Assembly (NCBI RefSeq): GCF_964355755.1
Contig: NC_092676.1
Coordinates: forward strand, 7,231,888 to 7,295,887
DNA: 64,000 nt
Reading direction: 5' to 3'
Origin: Antedon mediterranea
Lineage: Eukaryota; Animalia; Echinodermata
Of this stretch, positions 1 to 10,800 are shown in pieces. A program made the position numbers and the translations under genes. The notes under the pieces are model-generated. The model saw only the letters and a program-made list of their open reading frames with translations. It had not been told where the DNA came from and did no database searches. The first letter of the stretch is position 1, and every line of letters starts with the position of its first letter.

Positions 1-71
1 GAAAATATTACTTTGTGTCAACAGAGTCCAGGACAAAACAAAGGAAACAAAACACTGAAATGGATGGAAAA
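1..71 (+). mobile_element. Left part of a decayed LINE ORF2, interrupted by the DIRS/Ngaro-like element
   Basis: Frame 1 reads ENITLCQQ...KTLKWME and joins in frame (W-M-E-K-V-K-A-I) with the LINE remnant resuming at 4733 once the insertion and one AAAA copy are removed. Confidence 0.6.
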
Positions 72-597
72 TGTCATTTATTATTAAATGACGAAATAAC
101 TAAATATATAATGTAAAACTATTGTAATAATAACAAAGGGGGCAGCCACCATTACATTATGTAGGTTATGGTATTGATATTACATCTAATACCTTACATT
201 ACGTGAAGGCTGCCCCTGTTGAATATATAGTATTAACAATTAGCATTCCCCATTGTTATATAGAAAACGCACCATTAATATACTTGTAAAATAACCGATA
301 ATATAATATAAAAGTTATAGGTCTATACAGAATCGTAACTAACATATCGTAGAATTAATATACATAATCAAATTGAGATATAATTATTATGGGCACACAC
401 GCCAAAAACCCGACTCGCAGAGAGGGTTCCGCCCAGAAAAGTATATCGAAATAAATGCATAGGTTTGTATCTGTTTAGTTAATAGACCCAGAGCTGTGCT
501 CAATAGGTCTGCCTGAACTACGAATGTTGTAATGAAAAGATATGCTTTGCGAGCCACAGCTCAAACAAATACATTAGTGCGTCGGTATTAGTGAAAG

Positions 598-2397
598 CTA
601 AATGTAAATCTGACATGGTGGGACTATGAACGGAAGTGTATTTATATCTGGAAAAAGTTTTTGGGCACGTGAAATTTCCCCCCTTGATAAAAGATCCGCC
701 AAAACATTATCGACGTCGGGAATGTGCGTTGCACGGAAGTGGATATTATGGCGGAGGCAAATTAATACTAAACGTCGTAGAAGTCGCAAAAGCAAGGTAT
801 CTTTAGCAGATTTCTTGTTGATAACAGCCACAACCGCTGAATTATCACAGCGAAATAAAATTCGGTGGTTTGCCAGTTCCGAGCCCCAAACTTCCATTGC
901 TATGACTATGGGAAATAATTCAAGCACCGCGATTGACAGACCATTAAACGTACTACTCCATTTAATAAAGAACCACTTATTGTGGAAAACAGCTGCGCAT
1001 CCGATGGATGCCGCTGCATCGGTATATAGTCGTAGCGTAGTAGAATTAAACCAGTTATGTGGAAGAATTAGGGCTTTCCCGTTGAAGGATTCGAGAAAAC
1101 CTAGCCACATATGTAAATCGTCTTTTACCTCGCGCGACAGGCGAATTAAATGATTTGGATGTTTCGCTAAGGATAGGAGATTTATAAGACGGCGTAAAAA
1201 GGCTCTACCTGGTAGCACCACGCTACAGGCGTAATTCAGCAGGCCGACCATCGACTGCATGTCGCGCAGCGTAACTTTCTTCCTGGCTAAAAATTGGTTA
1301 ATTTTAGTGATTGTCTTCGTAATTTTTGACATAGGTAAACGACATTCCATGGAAACAGAATCCACCTCTATGCCGTATATCACAATGACTGTAGTTGGAA
1401 AAACGGTCTTCGAATCTTTAATGGGTACCCCAAGTGTGTTACAAAGGGAGATGAAATTAGTAAGTGCATTTTGACAAAGATTTGAATGTTTAGGACCGAC
1501 AAAGAAAAAATCGTCCAGGATATGAGATATATCCGGGATATTAAATTTTGTACGCATTATCCAAACTAATGCTGTACTGAACGATTCAAAAATGCTACAT
1601 GAACGACTGGCCCCCATCGGAAGACAGCGATCGTAGTAGTATTTATTATTCCACAAGAAACCCAAAAGGTGATAATCGCAAGGGTGGATTGGAATGATAC
1701 GAAACGCATCCTCGATGTCGGTTTTTGCCATTAAAGAACCGGGCCCGTTTTTTAACACCAAGTTAATTACGACATCAATGGTGTCGTAACTAACTTGGGA
1801 CGCATCGTGCGGAATTCCAGAATTGACCGAGGCCCCGCGCGGGTACGATAAGTCCTGGATAATCCGGAACTTACCCGATTCAGCTTTTGGTACAACCCCT
1901 AAGGGCGAACTAACAAAATTGTTGAGCGGAGGTACCGAGAATGGACCGGCTAACCTACCGAGGTTCAAACCTTTTGTTATAAATTCTTCTATTTGTTCAG
2001 GAAGTTGTATAGCACTCAGGTGTTTACGTGCAACCCCTGGGGTAGGAGGATTTGCGCAAAGAAGGCGAAAACCAAATTCGAATCCATTAACTATTTCCCG
2101 ATAAAGCTCACGCTCGTAACCCACTAAAAGCCGTTTCAATTCATTTACCATTACCGGAGTTGGAAGTCGTTCTCGCTTGGAAATTATTTCGGCGCCCGGA
2201 TTGGCCGCTGTCTCCCGGACTTTTCTTAAGGCATTGTGTCCGAGGATGTGGGTATCGGCAAATGGAACATATGTGGGCGTAAATACAGTTTTGGGCTTGA
2301 CATGGTTGTCCGGCGTTAAATGCGTAGCATACCCGTTGCCGACGAAAATTATGTTGACCTGGGAAACGAGAGTTACCTTTGGAGTTAACATTTCCAA
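598..2397 (-). CDS. DIRS/Ngaro-type reverse transcriptase-RNase H (true start uncertain)
   Basis: RT motifs SPLGVVPK, FRIIQDLS, KTDIEDAFR, LPMG, HILDDF, GIEVDS; DIRS-type RNase H motifs LYTDAA, IAVLELFPI, FRCDN, NVLADLLSR. Confidence 0.93.
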   Translation of the reverse strand: MEMLTPKVTLVSQVNIIFVGNGYATHLTPDNHVKPKTVFTPTYVPFADTHILGHNALRKVRETAANPGAEIISKRERLPTPVMVNELKRLLVGYERELYREIVNGFEFGFRLLCANPPTPGVARKHLSAIQLPEQIEEFITKGLNLGRLAGPFSVPPLNNFVSSPLGVVPKAESGKFRIIQDLSYPRGASVNSGIPHDASQVSYDTIDVVINLVLKNGPGSLMAKTDIEDAFRIIPIHPCDYHLLGFLWNNKYYYDRCLPMGASRSCSIFESFSTALVWIMRTKFNIPDISHILDDFFFVGPKHSNLCQNALTNFISLCNTLGVPIKDSKTVFPTTVIVIYGIEVDSVSMECRLPMSKITKTITKINQFLARKKVTLRDMQSMVGLLNYACSVVLPGRAFLRRLINLLSLAKHPNHLIRLSREVKDDLHMWLGFLESFNGKALILPHNWFNSTTLRLYTDAAASIGCAAVFHNKWFFIKWSSTFNGLSIAVLELFPIVIAMEVWGSELANHRILFRCDNSAVVAVINKKSAKDTLLLRLLRRLVLICLRHNIHFRATHIPDVDNVLADLLSRGEISRAQKLFPDINTLPFIVPPCQIYI

Positions 2398-3122
2398 ATG
2401 ACGCTAGTTTTAACATAAGTTCGGGATGGAGGATTTCCCACTTCAAACGAGCACCTTGTCGTGCTCTTCGGAAGCCTTCATCATACGATCGCCAGTTGAC
2501 ATTCCCTAAGGCATGGAGCTCGAGAATATTACTGGCATATTTTATCAAAGCCGAGCACTCGCTCGGTCGGTGATTTTTTGATAAAAATAGACATGTACAC
2601 CATAAACGCACGCATCCATTCTGTACTAGATAAAACTTTCTTTTTGTTATTGTCATTGTCTAACTTAAGATGTTTGTCGACCACCACAAAGGAGAAGCCA
2701 GACGATTCTATCTCGTTGTTGAGTAGTACCCTGAAGTCAATGTATGTGTCAGTCCAAATCTTATTTTTTACGGCTGCCGTAACATTATTGCCCAATTCTA
2801 TTGAGTCGGACATTGACAAAACGCTTAGTGCCGCTACCTCACCATCTGAAACTTGATCAACAATACTAGTTGTGGGGATCAGTGGATTGTCAGGTTCATG
2901 TGATACCGTAGGTTCATGTGGAACTGTGGTCGTGTTAGGTACATTAGATGACTGATGCTCTGGCAGTTGGTGGTTGGTGGCTTCTGTTTGCATCACCTTT
3001 GCCACCTCGGCAGCCAATTTGGTGTAGTCGATTTGAAGCGAACTTGCATTACGAGCTGTTGCAGATTTCTTGGTTGCTGCCGCAGCCTTAGATGCTGAAC
3101 GGCTAGGTTTGGCTTTAGGCAT
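2141..3122 (-). pseudogene. gag-like ORF1 of the DIRS/Ngaro element, frameshifted
   Basis: ORFs 2529-3122 and 2141-2656 join if a 4-bp CGAG duplication near 2557-2564 is removed (KKSPTE|CSALIKY). WRSYDEGFRR motif and CYAFN..C..C..H..C..C..H finger are typical of DIRS/Ngaro ORF1. Confidence 0.8.
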
Positions 3123-3204
3123 TATATCTAAAAAGGTATGTAAAACAACATAAATTCATGTTATTAGTGTGACGACGCCATCAACCGATACACAGCTGAT
3201 AGAA

Positions 3205-3640
3205 TTAGCCCGGAGGCATTAAAATTAGCCCAAAGCCAACACAAATTTCCCGGAGGCAGTATATGCCCCCGAGAAATACAATATAACAATAGCCCGGAGG
3301 CAATACAACTAGCCAGGAGGCAATATAAATAGCCCGGAGGCAATATAAATAGCCCGGAGGCAACATAAATAGCCCGGAGGCAATACAAATAGCCCGGAGG
3401 CAAGACCGTCCGGAGGCAATGCAACTAGCCCGAAGGCAATATAAATAGCCCGGAGGCAATACAAATGGCCCGGAGGCAATACAACTAGCCCGGAGGCAAT
3501 ATAAATACCCCGGAGGCAATATAAATAGCCCGGAGGCAACATAAACAGCCCTGTAAGCTGAGGCAACATAAAAGCTCGGGGCGATATAAACTGGCCCGAA
3601 TGTGGTATAATATAATAGTATAGCCCGAAGGCAACACAAG
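3205..3640. repeat. 20-bp minisatellite (AGCCCGGAGGCAATATAAAT consensus) inside the retroelement
   Basis: About 20 directly visible tandem units, degenerate at both edges; explains the LPPGYL repeat ORFs. Confidence 0.93.
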
Positions 3641-3689
3641 TAAATCGCCCAAATGCAAATTTATTATAATAATATAGCAAAAATGTGGT

Positions 3690-4277
3690 ATCTATACTGG
3701 CCTCGTAACTTTCCTCAGCAGACATTCCTCCACTAACTGTACTCAGGAACGGTCGTCGGAGATGTACCGATATGCACGGACCGTCTGCCAGGCTGTTTTG
3801 CACGCCATCATACAAATGTAATTGGGACCAGTCATTCCATAGCCTTCTTTGTTTCCAGTAGGTTACTACGGCATCATTTGCGTGAATATACTTTAGTTGG
3901 CGATAATTATCCACAACTGTGTCGACTGGGGTGCCGTTTAAGCAATTGGCTGACCAACACATGGCTGCATTCGACACCAAACTTAAGATATTCGGTCAAG
4001 TAAACAAACATATTTTTGTACAATCGAATTATTTGAACAATCCCCAATGTCATTCTCGCCGAGATGGATATAATGTCCGATGATTTTGGCAGAGAATTTA
4101 GTAAACGAGTGAAGTTGTACACTTTAGCACCTCCTTTGAACCTTTTGCACAATATATAAGTTTATCGATTTTAGAATCTAGGCGTAGGCCTGTAAATTCA
4201 AATTCCTCACAATATGATTTTAACCGTCTGACGAAGGAGTGTCCGAACAGGCTTATTTGAATCGTTTCCGTGGCCAT
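3690..4277 (-). pseudogene. SGNH/GDSL hydrolase remnant (Ngaro-type accessory ORF)
   Basis: Across frameshifts: block I LFGHSFVRRL, block II GGAKV, block III YIHLGENDI, HVLVSQLLKR, and YWKQRRLW...DGVQ (degenerate DGVH). Confidence 0.75.
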
Positions 4278-4732
4278 TATACATACAGAAATGTCCACAA
4301 TTTTGTAGGATAACTATAAGAAATGTTTGATCACTTACTTTTCTAGTCAATATTTCTGCTATATGGAACTATCCGAAGTGTTATAAACTCGTTCAGGAAT
4401 AAATCACACTGATATTGCAAAATGATGATTTTTTACTCGAATGTTCCTCTTATAAAATATCAAAATTGTTAGAAACTCGTTCAGGGTCAGCACTAAAATT
4501 GCGAAATGTTATGAGTAAAATCTGAACACAAGTTTTATAATAAGCGAAGGTGGACCGACGTTATGTACGGTACAACAACAATTTATTGACGTGTTGGTCC
4601 GAAGGAAGGCAAAAGGAAAAGAATGTACATTACTAAAACACTTATACAAAATATCCCCTGAACGCCAATGGGTCAAATACAAAATATTCCCCCTGAACGC
4701 CCTTGGGTCAAAAGTACACGACCTTCTCAAAA

Positions 4733-5455
4733 GGTAAAAGCAATAACAGAACCCTTGGGAACATTCCTGAACTCTATCGACACAAACCCATCTTTCATTT
4801 GGTGAAAAATGTTCTTCAGTGCGTCTCAGTTAAAAAGTGCGGTCAGTGACCAGTTGCGTAAACACTTTCACGTTTGTTGGCTTAATGATATCAACAACAA
4901 CCAGTCGAAGATGCGCACTTATTGCCTATTTAAGAATACATTTGTCACTGAAAATTATGTCAACTAAAAACTAACTAAACTAAAATGCGTTCAAATTTTG
5001 CTAAATTAAGAACAAGTGCTCATTCATCATTGATGATTAAAAAGGGGCGCCATACCCGTACTTTGCCCTCTGATAGACTATGTACGCTTTGTAATAGGAA
5101 CGAAATTGAAGATGAATTTCATTTTCTAATAAATTGTTCATAATATTCGGATTTACGTTATGATTTGTATAGAGAAGTTACAGAGGGTGCAACTCATTTT
5201 GATCACCTTAACAATAATGATAAATTTATATTTCTCATGGGCGCTCAAGATTTTGACATTATTTTACCTGTTATTAAGTTTGTGAACTCCGCCTTTTTTA
5301 GGAGACATAATTAACTTTCTTTTGTTCTTTCTCTTTGTTGTTTGTTCCTTGTTTTTATCGTTTATCTTGATGTTAATTTTATCAAATGTGTTTTGATGTA
5401 TTAAAGAATTTGAATATTTCCAAAACGTTTGGGCAAATAAGTTCTGAGTTCTGAG
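4733..5455 (+). mobile_element. Decayed LINE 3' end (ORF2 C-terminus plus 3' UTR)
   Basis: KMRTYCLFKNTFVTENY, KLRTSAH..LMIKKGRH, RLCTLCNRNEIEDEFHFLINC zinc knuckle with internal stops; ends AAATAA-GTTCTGA-GTTCTGA. Confidence 0.85.
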
Positions 5456-5986
5456 AAACCAACCTCAAGTGAGACTCAAACTCAGACTCTTCAGTATGAC
5501 TTAAATCTTGTGTTCCTAGAGTAAATTATTCAGTTAAGTTAACTATGATCATGGTTGAATAAAAATAGGACTTGTAAACGGCTACAGTAAGAAAGTTCAT
5601 GCGTATAGGTTTTAACGGGATACATGATATTGTTATCTTACCTTTGAAATAGTGTTTAAAGCTACGAGACAAATGATGCGACAGAATTTCTGTACCTAAA
5701 TATCTATAAATATAATTATAATTTGAAGCAGTTATCATGTATTACTATAGCTAAACGCTAGCTAGACGAATCGGTATTTCATCATTGGTTATAACTACAG
5801 TAAGCCTTGTATCTGATCTGTTCCTCGGGCTTTTTATTCTTTCTATTGTTGTTTATACTGGGACTGGGACTACCTTACGAGCAATAGAGCTTCACTGTCT
5901 CTTAAGTAGCTCAAAAACGTTTTTTTTTGGCAAACAAATAAATGAAACGACAGTAAGCAAGCAAGTGCTAGATCAATTGTATTAGC

Positions 5987-6898
5987 TCAGTTCCCACCAT
6001 CGGGTTTTTTTTTCCGTCTTCCAAAGGGACTTGTATTGATTGATAGGACGTCAGGAGAAGAGTGTTGCAATCCCACAGTCATTTCTTCACTTGGTCACTA
6101 ATGACCTACTTTTTGAATAGAATGTCATAAGCTTGCAATTTAGGGACAATCTTTGTATATTGTAGGTATCCAAGGATTGACCTTGTCAACCATTGTGTAA
6201 ATACTTTCTCTGCTCTCTGCTTTGCTATTCTATTTATCATTTAGAATTCAATTGTGATATTGTATATTCTTAATACAAAATCGAAATGGATTTAGTGTTA
6301 CTTTCGAAAGTTTTGATCATTTTGTATATGGTAAGAGAACTAAATAAACGCAAGCAGAAGAAAAAAACGATTGCAAAAGAAACGCAGTGTGTGGGTGAAA
6401 CCATGGATACAGCGGCGAAAATCCCATGGAGCATACCATGATTTAATAAAGGAACTGGAAGTAGAAGACAGACATAGAAAAATATAATAATTTTAACTAT
6501 AATTATATATAAATATATAATATATTATGACTTTTAATAACACTTTATAATCTTTGTATTACATTCAACTCCTAACTAAAGTTACTTCAGGTATCTATAA
6601 TCAAAAGATATATAGTGAACTATATTATATCTCTCTGCTACAATATTCAGATGGTGATCCCTACCAAGCCAAATTCCTGCCCATCTTATTGGCTATTGGT
6701 GTAAAAAACTGGTGTCAGTTTCGTTAATAATAGGACATGCACTAAAACTTATAAGTCACTATTTTCTCTCTTTTATACACAAGGGAGCAGTTAAAATAAT
6801 AGATTTGACCCTAAAGGTGACTGGAAACAGGCACTTTCCATCAATCAATACAGTGTCCCTTTGGAAGACGGAAGAAAAAAACCGATCGTGGGAACTGA
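5987..6898. mobile_element. Unclassified non-autonomous TIR element
   Basis: ~60-bp imperfect inverted repeats TCAGTTCCCACCATCGGG..CCGTCTTCCAAAGGGAC..GTATTGATTGAT (5987-6044) versus 6840-6898; no clear target duplication. Confidence 0.65.
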
Positions 6899-7814
6899 CA
6901 CAAATTTGCTGGCCTATTATTTAAGGTACCTTGCGTGATAAGTTCGATATGCATGATTTAAGATTCAGTGTATAGGAATTGAATACCCTAATATTTGGCT
7001 GATCGGATGCTATGCTAAAACTGTCAATTACAGCATATAAGTCAACAATTAGATAATGTTTTAGAGGAAGTATTGTACTAGCTTAATCATAACTATGAAT
7101 AGTTTTCAGTTTACAAAAAAACAAACAAAACTAAAAGAATCATCTTTTACAATATATCCGTACTCAGACGAAATGTGTCCTTGGCTTACGGGTAGAGGCT
7201 AGTGTTAGTGTTGTTTAGTTTCAAATCATGGTGCAGTAACATTCATTATTGAAGTATATTTCCATTATGCTAAACATTGATAATTTGTACAAATTATCTA
7301 TGGATCGAAATCGGTCCATATTATTTTTAAATGTTTTCAGAAAGAAACTGTCCAAATATAGAACCCGGTCAGTACACTGATTGTGTAATAAAATAGGTCC
7401 TCAGTTATTAGTCAATGGTTGTGTATTTTGCGCCATCGTAAACCAGCATATAATAAAAATCGGTCTTAAAGTCGTAATAAAAGGAACACGTTTTCGTTCG
7501 TTAAAGAGATATTAGGAATTGCGTTGATTTTAAAGTTTTTGTAGATTTTTAGGGTTTTGAGTTCGTTTTTACGATTTGCTGCTCTACGCGTTTTGAATAA
7601 TTTTTCTTCAACAGTATTTTACAAATTGCGTATTTTTTGTTTACTTTAAGATTTGCGACTCTACAGAAGCTCAGACACAATGGTGTTTGCCGCATTTGTT
7701 AAATTCTCTTTTCAATTTCTTCTACATCCACGACACAAAATAGTATTGATGTTGACCACTTTAGCATTACATTTCTAAACATTTGTTTTTGCAGAGCAGC
7801 AAGCACTTTGAACA

Positions 7815-10800
7815 ATGTCAGACATTGAAATTAAGTTTAGAAAATTGAAAGCTGGGCTCAGTAAGCACTATGAAGCTGAAGACTACAAGTTGCTGAAATT
7901 TTGCTTATTTGATATTTTACCACTAGAAAACCTTACAGATCAAACATCCATTGGACATGATTTATTCAATACACTTGATAGTCGTGGTGTTATCTCACAT
8001 AATGATGTCAAACTTTTGTTGGAGATAACAGCATTAACAGGTCCGAAAAAAGCTGAACACCTTGTAACTCAGTATATGAAAGACCACAATATTACAAATA
8101 CTGAAGAAAATAAATTGTCGTCAGACCGAAAACAACTCTTTAATGCTGTTAGACAATCTGAATCTCCTGCTGCACTACAGAGAGTTACTGCAAATTATCA
8201 ACTTAAAAAGTTTAAGTATACACGTATCTGGGATGTAATATTTCATTTGGAGAAGGAAAGAGTTTTACCAGACCAGTTAAATGAGTTTACAAGTCTGCTT
8301 GGAAAACGAGCACAGGAAGAGCTAGGCCTACTGAGTAAATCTACAGGTAAAGAAAATATTTCTTTGATCCTTGATTTTATTATTTATTTTAATGTAGTAA
8401 TAAACATTGTTAGTTGGGCTGAAATACAATTTAGGCCTACTCATGTAAACCTATGAATTAACATATCAACAGGTTTAATATAAACATAAACGTTATGCTT
8501 CTTTTATTTATTCAATAATTACAATTTAAACACAAAATTAAATCTATTCTAATCATTTTATCGTTATTAAGAAGATAGTGATTGTCTAATGATCTTCGAT
8601 ATGTTCTTTGAATTGGCTAAGTGATCTTTGCGAAAAAATTTTATTTGTCCGTTGTTTTTCCCTTAGTCAAAACTACAAAATAACATAATTAAAGTATGAT
8701 TTAATTAATCTTCACTGTTCATGTTTTTGGCGAACAATACATTTTTAATTTAAAGTAATACCTATTTTTTAATTTGATTTCAAATAATATTAAATGCTAT
8801 GCCTTGAATCAATTAAAATATATTTTAATAAACCCATTTATTGACTTTCAACTAAAACGGGTTTGACTAATTTAGGCTACTATCAAAATAAAATATTCAA
8901 TTTAACATTTTAAACATTTATTTTAATTATTCTGATTTCTAGATGGTACTGAGGATCACGAAGAAGACGCAGATGGGCCATCGACCTCCAAAAGAGTATT
9001 TCACAGAAACGGTAATTAATGAAAGGAATAAAATGCTTACAATTCATTTTGCTTTTAGAGTCAATTATGCTATTAAAGAATCCAAACCAAACTCATAAGT
9101 ACAGCACAGCATTTCTGTTCGAATATTATTATATTTAATTATTATGTTGACATTTTAGTGCCTAGTTGTATGTGTGTGTTATTGTAAAATTTATTTTATC
9201 GAAAAATTAAAACCGCTTCAAAATCGATATCATATATATTTACATGAAACTACATGTAATACACATAACAGTGATATTATTCACCCACTAACGAGTTTTA
9301 CAATGTCAAACCTTTTAATTCCGTACTTACATTAATATAGATAGACCAACTTATACATATATTTGTTTAACATTTTAGATTCCTATTCAAAGTGTTTTCC
9401 CAGTTGTAGCAGTAAACCAAAATGGAAAAGAGAAAGATTTAAAGGTATATAATAACAAAAAAATAATAATAATAATGTTTAAACTTCAATGTTATGAATA
9501 TATTAATACGTTGAAATTATGACTAACAATGCGCTATCAGAGTGGATTGAGACATTTTCACATGCGTGTTAACTAAAGATGTAATGAAATAAAAAAAAAC
9601 AACAACAAAAGAAACAATAAGGCAGTTTGTTGTTATCTACTGTGCGATAATGACCAATTATCTTCAATAAAAGTATTATGTACTAAATACCTATCGGTCG
9701 AAAGTCAGCAAAATAGACGCATTAACTAAGTAATAATACATTTAAACTCATGCAAAAAGTTTTTATATTTTTCGAATTGGCGCATTGTAAATGTTATTAC
9801 TCCTCAATTTATAGACTGTGTTGTACAGTAGTTTTGTAATAACATTAGTTTTATTTAAACTTAAAGATTCCAGGTTGTGCAGTGAACCAAAACAGAAGAG
9901 GAGAAAACTTACTGAAGGTAAAAAATCATATGTCAATAAACTAGAAACTTTGCCGCATACTTATAACTATTCTGCAATCTTCTAACAGAAAAGCATTACA
10001 TCAACATTAGATTACTAATCTATCGACTTAAATCATTACGGTAACCTTTTAATTGATAGAATCAAAAGCGTTATGTTATGGGAATGCTTATTTATTTCTG
10101 TTTTCCAAATCCCATCTCAATCCCATCCTACCTTATTGATGTTATTTATTATTTATTGATTAACTTGAATAATATAAAATGTAAAAATCTGGTAATATGT
10201 GTTTTAATAATTAGTATTGAAAACCATATATATGCAAAATGAGAATATGCAACAAATGAAAATGTCTTTTGTTTTTATATTGTATATATCTATAGAACAA
10301 ATAATAAAACAGTACCTGCTTGAAAGACAAACAGAAATGTGCAAGATTGACAACGAGAAATTTACACCATCAATAATGAATAGCAGAGACACTGTCGACA
10401 TCAAAATCTTCACTGAATTGGACCTCCTCAAAGAAAATAATAAGACGAGAGACAGCCACACAACGACGTTACCAGCATTATTAACCACGATTGAGTCCAC
10501 GCGTGGATGTAAAGTTCTTATAGATGGCGAGGCTGGCATTGGAAAAACAACTCTACTTAGGTACATAGCATACAGAACAACTGATAAGAAACCAATAGCA
10601 TTTAAAGGTAAAATTGTATTTTTTTTTAATGTAAGGGATCTAGAGGAAGGCAACACGATTTTTGATCTGATTGAAAAACAACTTGATATGAAAGATTTTA
10701 ACATGGAAACCGATCTTCAACTAGATTCATCCTCAATTAAAAAATTCATAAATAGACATGCCCATAAAACTGTGTTCTTATTAGATGGTTTAGACGAATT

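Larger units (their letters stand above)
72..4728 (-). mobile_element. DIRS/Ngaro-class (tyrosine-recombinase) retrotransposon, defective copy
   Basis: Contains gag with C-terminal Cys/His finger overlapping an RT-RNase H ORF, plus an SGNH hydrolase remnant. Flanked on both sides by AAAA (68-71 and 4729-4732), and the flanks rejoin into one LINE frame. Confidence 0.8.

Noticed and set aside
626-2856. Plus-strand ORFs opposite RT and gag
   Set aside because: Antisense shadows with no recognisable motifs.
3205-3640. CRISPR-like look (constant core with variable linkers)
   Set aside because: Linkers are only 8 nt and recur, the context is eukaryotic, and there are no cas genes.
3164-3980. ORFs with LPPGYL repeats
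   Set aside because: Translations of the 20-bp minisatellite; only the part overlapping the SGNH remnant is meaningful.
10217-10295. N-terminus of the 2903-aa ORF as a real start
   Set aside because: Intronic; the acceptor at 10295 links in phase to upstream exons.
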